DNA from: Eledone cirrhosa
Lineage: Eukaryota
Direction of reading: 5' to 3'
Assembly (NCBI GenBank): GCA_964016885.1
Contig: OZ024740.1
Location: forward strand, 251,596,001 to 251,660,000
DNA length: 64,000 bases
Position numbers and translations under genes: made by a program
Part shown: piece after piece, positions 1 to 11,719 of the stretch
How positions within the stretch are numbered: the first letter of the stretch is position 1
How the letters are laid out: every line of letters begins with the position of its first letter
The notes under the pieces: generated by a model
The model's database searches: none
What the model was told of the DNA's origin: nothing
Seen by the model: the letters and a program-made list of their open reading frames with translations, nothing else

Positions 1-799
1 CAAATTATCTCCCTCTGATTTTTTTTACAAATCTCCCCCTGATTTTTTTTTACAAATTATCTCCCCCTGATTTTTTTTACAAACTATCTCCCCCTGATTT
101 TTTTACAAATTATCTCCCCTTGGCTGGCTGGAAATTATCTCCCCTTGGAGGCTGGAATTTATCTCCCCTTGGACGGCTAGAAATTACCTCTCCTTGGACG
201 GCTGGAAAATATGTCTCCTTGGACGGCTGGAAATTATCTCCCCTTGGACGGCTGGAAATTACCTCTCCTTGGACGGCTGAAAATTATCTCCCCTTGGACG
301 GCTGGAAATTATCTCCCCTTGATTTTTTTACAAATTATCTCCACCTGATTTTTTTTTTACAAATTATCTCCCCCTGATTTTTTTTACAAATTATCTACGC
401 CTGATTTTTTTAAATATTATCTCTCCTTGGCTGGCGGGAAATTATCTCCCCTTGGAAGGATGGAAATTATCTCCCCTTGGACGGCTGGAAATTATCTCCC
501 CTTGCACTGCTGGAAATTATCTCCCCTTGGACGGCTGGAAATTATCTGCCCTTGATTTTGTTTTTACAAATTATCTTCCCCTGATTATTTTTACAAATTA
601 TCTCCACCTGATTTTTTAAAAAATTATCTCCCCTTGGACGGCTGGAAATTATCTCCCCTTGGCTGGAAATTATCTCCCCTTGGACGGCTAGAAATTATCT
701 CTCTTTGGACGGCTGGAAATTATCTCCCCTTGATTTTTTTTACAAATTATCTCCCCCTGATTTTTTTTACAAATTATCCCCCCATGATTTTTAAAAAAA

Positions 800-898
800 A
801 AATTATCTCCCCTTCGCTGGCTGGAAATTATCTCCCCTTGGACGCTGGAAATTATAGCCCCTTGGAGGGCTGGAAATTATCTTCCCTTGGACGGCTGG
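800..898 (+). repeat. Recurrent 99-bp four-monomer A-type cassette (TTCGCTGGCTGG / GGACGCTGG / ATAGCCCCTTGGAGGGCTGG / CTTCCCTTGGACGGCTGG), first copy
   Basis: The same ordered set of four variant monomers recurs dozens of times. It is the source of the repeated 'DAGNYSPLEGWKLSS' text in the ORF track. Confidence 0.93.
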
Positions 899-1006
899 AA
901 ATTATCTCCCCTTGATTTTTTTTACAAATTATCTCCCCCTGATTTTTTTTTACAAATTATCTCCCCCTAATTTTTTTAAAAAAATTATCTCCCCTTGGAC
1001 GGCTGG

Positions 1007-1031
1007 AAATTATCTCCCCTTGGACGGCTGG
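1007..1031 (+). repeat. Consensus type-A monomer AAATTATCTCCCCTTGGACGGCTGG (25 bp), representative copy
   Basis: Read directly. It occurs in blocks of about 1-10 throughout, with recurrent variants (..GGCTAG, ..GGCTGA, ..GGCTGC, GGAAGGATG, GCACGG, GGCTGGCGGG). Confidence 0.98.
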
Positions 1032-1553
1032 AAATTATCTCCCCTTGGACGGCTAGAAATTACCTCTCCTTGGACGGCTGAAAATTATCTCCCCTTGGAC
1101 GGCTGCAAATTATCTCCCCTTGATTTTTTTTACAAATTATCCCCCCATGATTTAAAAAAAAAAAATTATCTCCCCTTCGCTGGCTGGAAATTATCTCCCC
1201 TTGGACGCTGGAAATTATAGCCCCTTGGAGGGCTGGAAATTATCTTCCCTTCGACGGCTGGAAATTATCTCCCCTTGATTTTTTTTACAAATTATCTCCC
1301 CCTGATTTTTTTTTACAAATTATCTCCCACTGATTTTTTTTTACAAATTATCTCCCCCTGATTTTTTTTTTACAAATTATCTCCGCCTGATTTTTTAAAA
1401 AAAATTATCTCCCCTTGGACGGCTGGAAATTATCTCCCCTTGGACGGCTGGAAATTATCTCCCCTTGGACGGCTAGAAATTACCTCTCCTTGGACGGCTG
1501 AAAATTATCTCCCCTTGGACGGCTGCAAATTATCTCCCCTTGATTTTTTTTAC

Positions 1554-1580
1554 AAATTATCTCCCCCTGATTTTTTTTAC
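1554..1580 (+). repeat. Consensus type-B monomer AAATTATCTCCCCCTGATTTTTTTTAC (27 bp with T8; T-run 7-11), representative copy
   Basis: Read directly. It occurs in blocks of about 1-17, e.g. 2288-2726. Confidence 0.98.
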
Positions 1581-4500
1581 AAATTATCTCCCCCTGATTT
1601 TTTTTACAAATTATCTCCCCCTGATTTTTTTTTACAAATTATCTCCCCCTGATTTTTTTTTACAAATTATCTCCCCCTGATTTTTTTTACAAATTATCTC
1701 CCCCTGATTTTTTTTACAATCTCCGCCTGATTTTTTAAAAAATTATCTTCCCTTGGCTGGCGGGAAATTATCTCCCCTTGGACGGCTGGAAATTATCTCC
1801 CCTTGGACGGCTAGAAATTATCTCTCTTTGGACGGCTGGAAATTATCTCCCCTTGATTTTTTTTACAAATTATCTCCCCCTGATTTTTTTTACAAATTAT
1901 CCCCGCATGATTTTTAAAAAAAAAATTATCTCCCCTTCGCTGGCTGGAAATTATCTCCCCTTGGACGCTGGAAATTATAGCCCCTTGGAGGGCTGGAAAT
2001 TATCTTCCCTTGGACGGCTGGAAATTATCTCCCCTTGATTTTTTTTACAAATTATCTCCCCCTGATTTTTTTTTACAAATTATCTCCCCCTGATTTTTTT
2101 TTACAAATTATCTCCCCCTGATTTTTTTTTTTACAAATTATCTCCGCCTGATTTTAAAAAAAAAATTATCTCCCCTTGGACGGCTGGAAATTATCTCCCC
2201 TTGGACGGCTGGAAATTATCTCCCCTTGGACGGCTAGAAATTACCTCTCCTTGGACGGCTGAAAATTATCTCCCATTGGACGGCTGCAAATTATCTCCCC
2301 TTGATTTTTTTTACAAATTATCTCCCCCTGATTTTTTTTACAAATTATCTCCCCCTGATTTTTTTTACAAATTATCTCCCCCTGATTTTTTTTTACAAAT
2401 TATCTCCCCCTGATTTTTTTTTACAAATTATCTCCCCCTGATTTTTTTTACAAATTATCTCCCCCTGATTTTTTTTACAAATTATCTCCCCCTGATTTTT
2501 TTTTACAAATTATCTCCCCTTAATTTTTTTTTACAAATTATCTCCCCCTGATTTTTTTTTTACAAATTATCTCCCCCTGATTTTTTTACAAATTATCTCC
2601 CCCTGATTTTTTTTACAAATTATCTCCCCCTGATTTTTTTTACAAATTATCTCCCCTTGATTTTTTTTTACAAATTATCTCCCCCTGATTTTTTTTTTAC
2701 AAATTATCTCCCCCTGATTTTTTTTAAAATTATCTTCCCTTGGCTGGCGGGAAATTATCTCCCCTTGGACGGCTGGAAATTATCTCCCCTTGGAAGGATG
2801 TAAATTATCTCCCCTTGGACGGCTGGAAATTATCTCCCCTTGCACGGCTGGAAATTATCTCCCCTTGATTTTTTTTACAAATTATCTCCCCCTGATTTTT
2901 TTTTACAAATTATCTCCCCCTGATTTTTTTTTACAAATTATCTCCCCCTGATTTTTTTTACAAATTATCTCCCCCTGATTTAAAAAAAAAAAATTATCTC
3001 CTCTTCGCTGGCTGGAAATTATCTCCCCTTGGACGCTGGAAATTATAGCCCCTTGGAGGGCTGGAAATTATCTTCCCTTGGACGGCTGGAAATTATCTTC
3101 CCTTGGACGGCTGGAAATTATCTCCCCTTGATTTTTTTTACAAATTATCTCCCCCTGATTTTTTTTTACAAATTATCTCCCCCTGATTTTTTTTTACAAA
3201 TTATCTCCCCCTGATTTTTTTTTTACAAATTATCTCCGCTTGATTTTTAAAAAAAAATTATCTCCCCTTGGACGGCTGGAAATTATCTCCCCTTGGACGG
3301 CTGGAAATTATCTCCCCTTGGACGGCTGCAAATTATCTCCCCTTGATTTTTTTTACAAATTATCTCCCCCTGATTTTTTTTTACAAATTATCTCCCCCTC
3401 ATTTTTTTTACAAATTATCTACCCCTGATTTTTTTTACAAATTATCTCCCCCTGATTTTTTTTTACAAATTATCTCCCTCTGATTTTTTTTTACAAATTA
3501 TCTCCCCCTGATTTTTTTTTTACAAATTATCTCCCCCTGATTTTTTTAAAAATTATCTCCCCCTGATTTTTTTACAATCTCCGCCTGATTTTTTTAAAAA
3601 TTATCTTCCCTTGGCTGGCGGGAAATTATCTCCCCTTGGACGGCTGGAAATTATCTCCCCTTGGAAGGATGGAAATTATCTCCCCTTGGACGGCTGGAAA
3701 TTATCTCCCCTTGCACGGCTGGAAATTATCTCCCCTTGGCTGGAAATTATCTCCCCTTGGACGGCTAGAAATTATCTCTCTTTGGACGGCTGGAAATTAT
3801 GTCCCTTTGATTTTTTTTATAAATTATCTACCTCTGATATTTTTTACAAATCTCCCCCTGATTTTTTAAAAAAAATTATCTCCCCTTCGCTGGCTGGAAA
3901 TTATCTCCCCTTGGACACTGGAAATTATAGCCCCTTGGAGGGCTGGAAATTATCTTCCCTTGGACGGCTGGAAATTATCTCCCCTTGATTTTTTTTACAA
4001 ATTATCTCCGCCTGATTTTTTTTAAAAATTATCTCTCCTTGGAAGGCTGGAAATTATCTCCCCTTGATTTTTTTTACAAGTTATCTCCCCCTGATTTTTT
4101 TTTACAAATTATCTCCCCCTAATTTTTTTTTACAAATTATCTACCCCTGATTTTTTTTACAAATTATCTCCCCCTGATTTTTTTTACAAATTATCTCCCC
4201 CTGATTTTTCTTTTACAAATTATCTCCCCCTGATTTTTTTACAAATTATCTCCCCCTGATTTTTTTTACAAATTATCTCCGCCTGATTTTTTTAAATATT
4301 ATCTTCCCTTGGCTGGCGGGAAATTATCTCCCCTTGGACGGCTGGAAATTATCTGCCCTTGATTTTGTTTTTACAAATTATCTTCCACTGATTTTTTTTA
4401 CAAATTATCTCCACCTGATTTTTTAAAAAAATTATCTCCCCTTGGAAGGCTGGAAATTATCTCCCCTTGGACGGCTAGAAATTATCTCTCTTTGGACGGC

Positions 4501-7500
4501 TGGAAATTATCTCCCCTTGATTTTTTTTACAAATTATCTCCCCCTGATTTTTTTTACAAATATCCCAGTGATTTTTTTTAAAAAATTATCTCCCCTTCGC
4601 TGGCTGGAAATTATCTCCCCTTGGACGCTGGAAATTATAGCCCCTTGGAGGGCTGGAAATTATCTTCCCTTGGACGGCTGGAAATTATCTCCCCTTGATT
4701 TTTTTTACAAATTATCTCCCCCTGATTTTTTTTTTCAAATTATCTCCCCCTGATTTTTTTTTACAAATTATCTCCCCCTGATTTTTTTTTTTACAACTTA
4801 TCTCCGCCTGATTTTTTTTAAAAAATCATCTCCCCTTGGACGGCTGGAAATTATCTCCCCTTGGACGGCTGGAAATTATCTCTCCTTGGACGGCTAGAAA
4901 TTACCTCTCCTTGGACAATTGAAAATTATCTCCCCTTGGACGGCTGGAAATTATCTCCCCTTGATTTATTTTACAAATTATCTCCCCCTGATTTTTTTTA
5001 CAAATTATCTCCCCTGATTTTTTTTTACAAATTATCTCCCCCTGATTTTTTTTTACAAATTATCTCCCCCTGATTTTTTTTACAAATTATCTCCCCCTGA
5101 TTTTTTTACAAATTATCTCCCCTTGGCTGGCTGGAAATTATCTCCCCTTGGAGGCAGGAATTTATCTCCCCTTGGACGGGTAGAAATTACCTCTCCTTGG
5201 ACGGCTGGAAAATATGTCTCCTTGGACGGCTGGAAATTATCTCCCCTTGGACGGCTGGAAATTATCTCCCCTTGGACGGCTGGAAATTATCTCCCCTTGG
5301 ACGGCTAGAAATTACTTCTCCTTGGACGGCTGAAAATTATTTCCCCTTGGACGGCTGGAAATTATCTCCCCTTGATTTTTTTACAAATTATCTCCCCCTG
5401 ATTTTTTTTTACAAATTATCTCCCCCTGATTTTTTTTACAAATTATCTCCCCCTGATTTTTTTTACAAATTATCTCCCCCTGATTTTTTTTACAAATTAT
5501 CTCCGCCTGATTTTTTTAAATATTATCTCTCCTTGGCTGGCGGGAAATTATCTCCCCTTGGACGGCTGCAAATTATCTCCGCTTGATTTTTTTTACAAAT
5601 TATCTCCCCCTGATTTTTTTTTTAAAATTATCTCCCCCTGATTTTTTTTACAAATTATCTCCCCTGATTTTTTTTTACAAATTATCTCCCCCTGATTTTT
5701 TTTTACAAATTATCTCCCCCTGATTTTTTTTTTACAAATTATCTCCCCCTGATTTTTTTACAAATTATCTCCCCCTGATTTTTTTTACAATCTCCGCCTG
5801 ATTTTTTTAAAAATTATCTTCCCTTGGCTGGCGGGAAATTATCTCCTCTTGGACGGCTGGAAATTATCTCCCCTTGGAAGGATGGAAATTATCTCCCCTT
5901 GGACGGCTGGAAATTATCTCCCCTTGCACGGCTGGAAATTATCTCCCCTTGGCTGGAAATTATCTCCCCTTGGACGGCTAGAAATTATCTCTCTTTGGAT
6001 GGCTGGAAATTATCTCCCTTTGATTTTTTTTACAAATTATCTCCCTCTGATTTTTTTTACAAATCTCCCCCTGATTTTTTTTTACAAATTATCTCCCCCT
6101 GATTTTTTTTACAAACTATCTCCCCCTGATTTTTTTACAAATTATCTCCCCTTGGCTGGCTGGAAATTATCTCCCCTTGGAGGCTGGAATTTATCTCCCC
6201 TTGGACGGCTAGAAATTACCTCTCCTTGGACGGCTGGAAAATATGTCTCCTTGGACGGCTGGAAATTATCTCCCCTTGGACGGCTGGAAATTACCTCTCC
6301 TTGGACGGCTGAAAATTGTCTCCCCGTGGACGGCTGGAAATTATCTCCCCTTGATTTTTTTACAAATTATCTCCCCCTGATTTTTTTTTTACAAATTATC
6401 TCCCCCTGATTTTTTTTACAAATTATCTACGCCTGATTTTTTTAAATATTATCTCTCCTTGGCTGGCGGGAAATTATCTCCCCTTGGACGGCTGGAAATT
6501 ATCTCCCCTTGGAAGGATGGAAATTATCTCCCCTTGGACGGCTGGAAATTATCTCCCCTTGCACTGCTGGAAATTATCTCCCCTTGGACGGCTGGAAATT
6601 ATCTGCCCTTGATTTTGTTTTTACAAATTATCTTCCCCTGATTATTTTTACAAATTATCTCCACCTGATTTTTTAAAAAATTATCTCCCCTTGGACGGCT
6701 GGAAATTATCTCCCCTTGGCTGGAAATTATCTCCCCTTGGACGGCTAGAAATTATCTCTCTTTGGACGGCTGGAAATTATCTCCCCTTGATTTTTTTTAC
6801 AAATTATCTCCCCCTGATTTTTTTTACAAATTATCCCCCCATGATTTAAAAAAAAAAAATTATCTCCCCTTCGCTGGCTGGAAATTATCTCCCCTTGGAC
6901 GCTGGATATTATAGCCCCTTGGAGGGCTGGAAATTATCTTCCCTTGGACGGCTGGAAATTATCTCCCCTTGATTTTTTTTACAAATTATCTCCCCCTGAT
7001 TTTTTTTTACAAATTATCTCCGCCTGATTTTTTTAAAAAAATTATCTCCCCTTGGACGGCTGGAAATTATCTCCCCTTGGACGGCTGGAAATTATCTCCC
7101 GTTGGACGGCTAGAAATTACCTCTCCTTGGACGGCTGAAAATTATCTCCCCTTGGACGGCTGCAAATTATCTCCCCTTGATTTTTTTTACAAATTATCCC
7201 CCCATGATTTTTAAAAAAAAAATTATCTCCCCTTCGCTGGCTGGAAATTATCTCCCCTTGGACGCTGGAAATTATAGCCCCTTGGAGGGCTGGAAATTAT
7301 CTTCCCTTGGACGGCTGGAAATTATCTCCCCTTGATTTTTTTTACAAATTATCTCCCTCTGATTTTTTTTTACAAATTATCTCCCACTGATTTTTTTTTA
7401 CAAATTATCTCCCCCTGATTTTTTTTTTACAAATTATCTCCGCGTGATTTTTTTAAAAAAATTATCTCCCCTTGGACGGCTGGAAATTATCTCCCCTTGG

Positions 7501-7800
7501 ACGGCTGGAAATTATCTCGCCTTGGACGGCTAGAAATTACCTCTCCTTGGACGGCTGAAAATTATCTCCCCTTGGACGGCTGCAAATTATCTCCTCTTGA
7601 TTTTTTTTACAAATTATCTCCCCCTGATTTTTTTTACAAATTATCTCCCCCTGATTTTTTTTACAAATTATCTCCCCCTGATTTTTTTTTACAAATTATC
7701 TCCCCCTGATTTTTTTTCCAAATTATCTCCCCCTGATTTTTTTTACAAATTATCTCCCCCTGATTTTTTTTACAAATTATCTCCCCCTGATTTTTTTTAC

Positions 7801-10800
7801 AATCTCCGCCTGATTTTTTAAAAAATTATCTTCCCTTGGCTGGCGGGAAATTATCTCCCCTTGGACGGCTGGAAATTATCTCCCCTTGGACGGCTAGAAA
7901 TTATCTCTCTTTGGACGGCTGGAAATTATCTCCCCTTGATTTTTTTTACAAATTATCTCCCCCTGATTTTTTTTACAAATTATCCCCGCATGATTTTTAA
8001 AAAAAAAATTATCTCCCCTTCGCTGGCTGGAAATTATCTCCCCTTGGACGCTGGAAATTATAGCCCCTTGGAGGGCTGGAAATTATCTTCCCTTGGACGG
8101 CTGGAAATTATCTCCCCTTAATTTTTTTTACAAATTATCTCCCCCTGATTTTTTTTTACAAATTATCTCCCCCTGATTTTTTTTTACAAATTATCTCCCC
8201 CTGATTTTTTTTTTTACAAATTATCTCCGCCTGATTTTTAAAAAAAAATTATCTCCCCTTGGACGGCTGGAAATTATCTCCCCTTGGACGGCTGGAAATT
8301 ATCTCCCCTTGGACGGCTAGAAATTACCTCTCCTTGGACGGCTGAAAATTATCTCCCCTTGGACGGCTGCAAATTATCTCCCCTTGATTTTTTTTACAAA
8401 TTATCTCCCCCTGATTTTTTTTACAAATTATCTCCCCCTGATTTTTTTTACAAATTATCTCCCCCTGATTTTTTTTTACAAATTATCTCCCCCTGATTTT
8501 TTTTTACAAATTATCTCCCCCTGATTTTTTTTACAAATTATCTCCCCCTGATTTTTTTTACAAATTATCTCCCCCTGATTTTTTTTTACAAATTATCTCC
8601 CCTTGATTTTTTTTTACAAATTATCTGCCCCTGATTTTTTTTTTACAAATTATCTCCCCCTGATTTTTTTACAAATTATCTCCCCCTGATTTTTTTTACA
8701 AATTATCTCCCGCTGATTTTTTTTACAAATTATCTCCCCTTGATTTTTTTTTACAAATTATCTCCCCTTGATTTTTTTTTACAAATTATCTCCCCCTGAT
8801 TTTTTTTTTACAAATTATCTCCCCCTGATTTTTTTAAAAATTATCTTCCCTTGGCTGGCGGGAAATTATCTCCCCTTGGACGGCTGGAAATTATCTCCCC
8901 TTGGAAGGATGTAAATTATCTCCCCTTGGACGGCTGGAAATTATCTCCCCTTGCACGGCTGGAAATTATCTCCCCTTGATTTTTTTTACAAATTATCTCC
9001 CCCTGATTTTTTTTTACAAATTATCTCCCCCTGATTTTTTTTTACAAATTATCTCCCCCTGATTTTTTTTACAAATTATCTCCCCCTGATTTTTAAAAAA
9101 AAAATTATCTCCCCTTCGCTGGCTGGAAATTATCTCCCCTTGGACGCTGGAAATTATAGCCCCTTGGAGGGCTGGAAATTATCTTCCCTTGGACGGCTGG
9201 AAATTATCTTCCCTTGGACGGCTGGAAATTATCTCCCCTTGATTTTTTTACAAATTATCTCCCCCTGATTTTTTTTTACAAATTATCTCCCCCTGATTTT
9301 TTTTACAAATTATCTACCCCTGATTTTTTTTACAAATTATCTCCCCCTGATTTTTTTTTACAAATTATCTCCCTCTGATTTTTTTTTACAAATTATCTCC
9401 CCCTGATTTTTTTTTTACAAATTATCTCCCCCTGATTTTTTTACAAATTATCTCCCCCTGATTTTTTTTACAATCTCCGCCTGATTTTTTAAAAAATTAT
9501 CTTCCCTTGGCTGGCGGGAAATTATCTCCCCTTGGACGGCTGGAAATTATCTCCCCTTGGACGGCTAGAAATTATCTCTCTTTGGACGGCTGGAAATTAT
9601 CTCCCCTTGATTTTTTTTACAAATTATCTCCCCCTGATTTTTTTTACAAATTATCCCCGCATGATTTTTAAAAAAAAAATTATCTCCCCTTCGCTGGCTG
9701 GAAATTATCTCCCCTTGGACGCTGGAAATTATAGCCCCTTGGAGGGCTGGAAATTATCTTCCCTTGGACGGCTGGAAATTATCTCCCCTTGATTTTTTTT
9801 ACAAATTATCTCCCCCTGATTTTTTTTTACAAATTATCTCCCCCTGATTTTTTTTTACAAATTATCTCCCCCTGATTTTTTTTTTTACAAATTATCTCCG
9901 CCTGATTTTTAAAAAAAAATTATCTCCCCTTGGACGGGTGGAAATTATCTCCCCTTGGACGGCTGGAAATTATCTCCCCTTGGACGGCTAGAAATTACCT
10001 CTCCTTGGACGGCTGAAAATTATCTCCCCTTGGACGGCTGCAAATTATCTCCCCTTGATTTTTTTTACAAATTATCTCCCCCTGATTTTTTTTACAAATT
10101 ATCTCCCCCTGATTTTTTTTACAAATTATCTCCCCCTGATTTTTTTTTACAAATTATCTCCCCCTGATTTTTTTTTACAAATTATCTCCCCCTGATTTTT
10201 TTTACAAATTATCTCCCCCTGATTTTTTTTACAAATTATCTCCCCCTGATTTTTTTTTACAAATTATCTCCCCTTGATTTTTTTTTACAAATTATCTCCC
10301 CCTGATTTTTTTTTTACAAATTATCTCCCCCTGATTTTTTTACAAATTATCTCCCCCTGATTTTTTTTACAAATTATCTCCCCCTGATTTTTTTTACAAA
10401 TTATCTCCCCTTGATTTTTTTTTACAAATTATCTCCCCTTGATTTTTTTTTACAAATTATCTCCCCCTGATTTTTTTTTTACAAATTATCTCCCCCTGAT
10501 TTTTTTAAAAATTATCTTCCCTTGGCTGGCGGGAAATTATCTCCCCTTGGACGGCTGGAAATTATCTCCCCTTGGAAGGATGTAAATTATCTCCCCTTGG
10601 ACGGCTGGAAATTATCTCCCCTTGCACGGCTGGAAATTATCTCCCCTTGATTTTTTTTACAAATTATCTCCCCCTGATTTTTTTTTACAAATTATCTCCC
10701 CCTGATTTTTTTTTACAAATTATCTCCCCCTGATTTTTTTTACAAATTATCTCCCCCTGATTTTTAAAAAAAAAATTATCTCCCCTTCGCTGGCTGGAAA

Positions 10801-11143
10801 TTATCTCCCCTTGGACGCTGGAAATTATAGCCCCTTGGAGGGCTGGAAATTATCTTCCCTTGGACGGCTGGAAATTATCTTCCCTTGGACGGCTGGAAAT
10901 TATCTCCCCTTGATTTTTTTTACAAATTATCTCCCCCTGATTTTTTTTTACAAATTATCTCCCCCTGATTTTTTTTACAAATTATCTACCCCTGATTTTT
11001 TTTACAAATTATCTCCCCCTGATTTTTTTTTACAAATTATCTCCCTCTGATTTTTTTTTACAAATTATCTCCCCCTGATTTTTTTTTTACAAATTATCTC
11101 CCCCTGATTTTTTTACAAATTATCTCCCCCTGATTTTTTTTAC
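7801..11143 (+). repeat. Tandem higher-order duplication, unit ~1,671 bp (two copies, followed by a third internally deleted copy)
   Basis: Landmark ACAATCTCCGCC at ~7801, ~9472 and ~11144. Identical ORF-track entries at offset 1,671 (7861->9532, 8284->9955). The same period is seen at 21707->23378. Confidence 0.88.
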
Positions 11144-11719
11144 AATCTCCGCCTGATTTTTTAAAAAATTATCTCCCCTTCGCTGGCTGGAAATTATCTC
11201 CCCTTGGACGCTGGAAATTATAGCCCCTTGGAGGGCTGGAAATTATCTTCCCTTGGACGGCTGGAAATTATCTCCCCTTGATTTTTTTTACAAATTATCT
11301 CCCCCTGATTTTTTTTTACAAATTATCTCCCCCTGATTTTTTTTTACAAATTATCTCCCCCTGATTTTTTTTTTTACAAATTATCTCCGCCTGATTTTTA
11401 AAAAAAAATTATCTCCCCTTGGACGGCTGGAAATTATCTCCCCTTGGACGGCTGGAAATTATCTCCCCTTGGACGGCTAGAAATTACCTCTCCTTGGACG
11501 GCTGAAAATTATCTCCCCTTGGACGGCTGCAAATTATCTCCCCTTGATTTTTTTTACAAATTATCTCCCCCTGATTTTTTTTACAAATTATCTCCCCCTG
11601 ATTTTTTTTACAAATTATCTCCCCCTGATTTTTTTTTACAAATTATCTCCCCCTGATTTTTTTTTACAAATTATCTCCCCCTGATTTTTTTTACAAATTA
11701 TCTCCCCCTGATTTTTTTT

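Larger units (their letters stand above)
1..6032 (+). repeat. ~6.0-kb master higher-order repeat unit; its start is repeated from 6033
   Basis: The sequence at 1 (caaattatctccctctga...aaatctccccc...aaactatc) recurs at 6033. Downstream landmarks recur at offsets 6,057-6,083 (1440->7497, 1778->7861, 2201->8284). The unit contains essentially all of the major variant cassettes reused later. Confidence 0.75.

Noticed and set aside
800-830. GCTGGCTGG / GCTGGCGG resembling the E. coli Chi site GCTGGTGG
   Set aside because: They are not exact matches, they derive from simple variants of monomer A, and nothing suggests a bacterial chromosome.
1554-1720. T8-T10 tracts as intrinsic or Pol III terminators, or as retroposon poly(A) tails
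   Set aside because: They are an integral part of every B monomer, with no upstream GC hairpin, transcription unit or target-site duplication.
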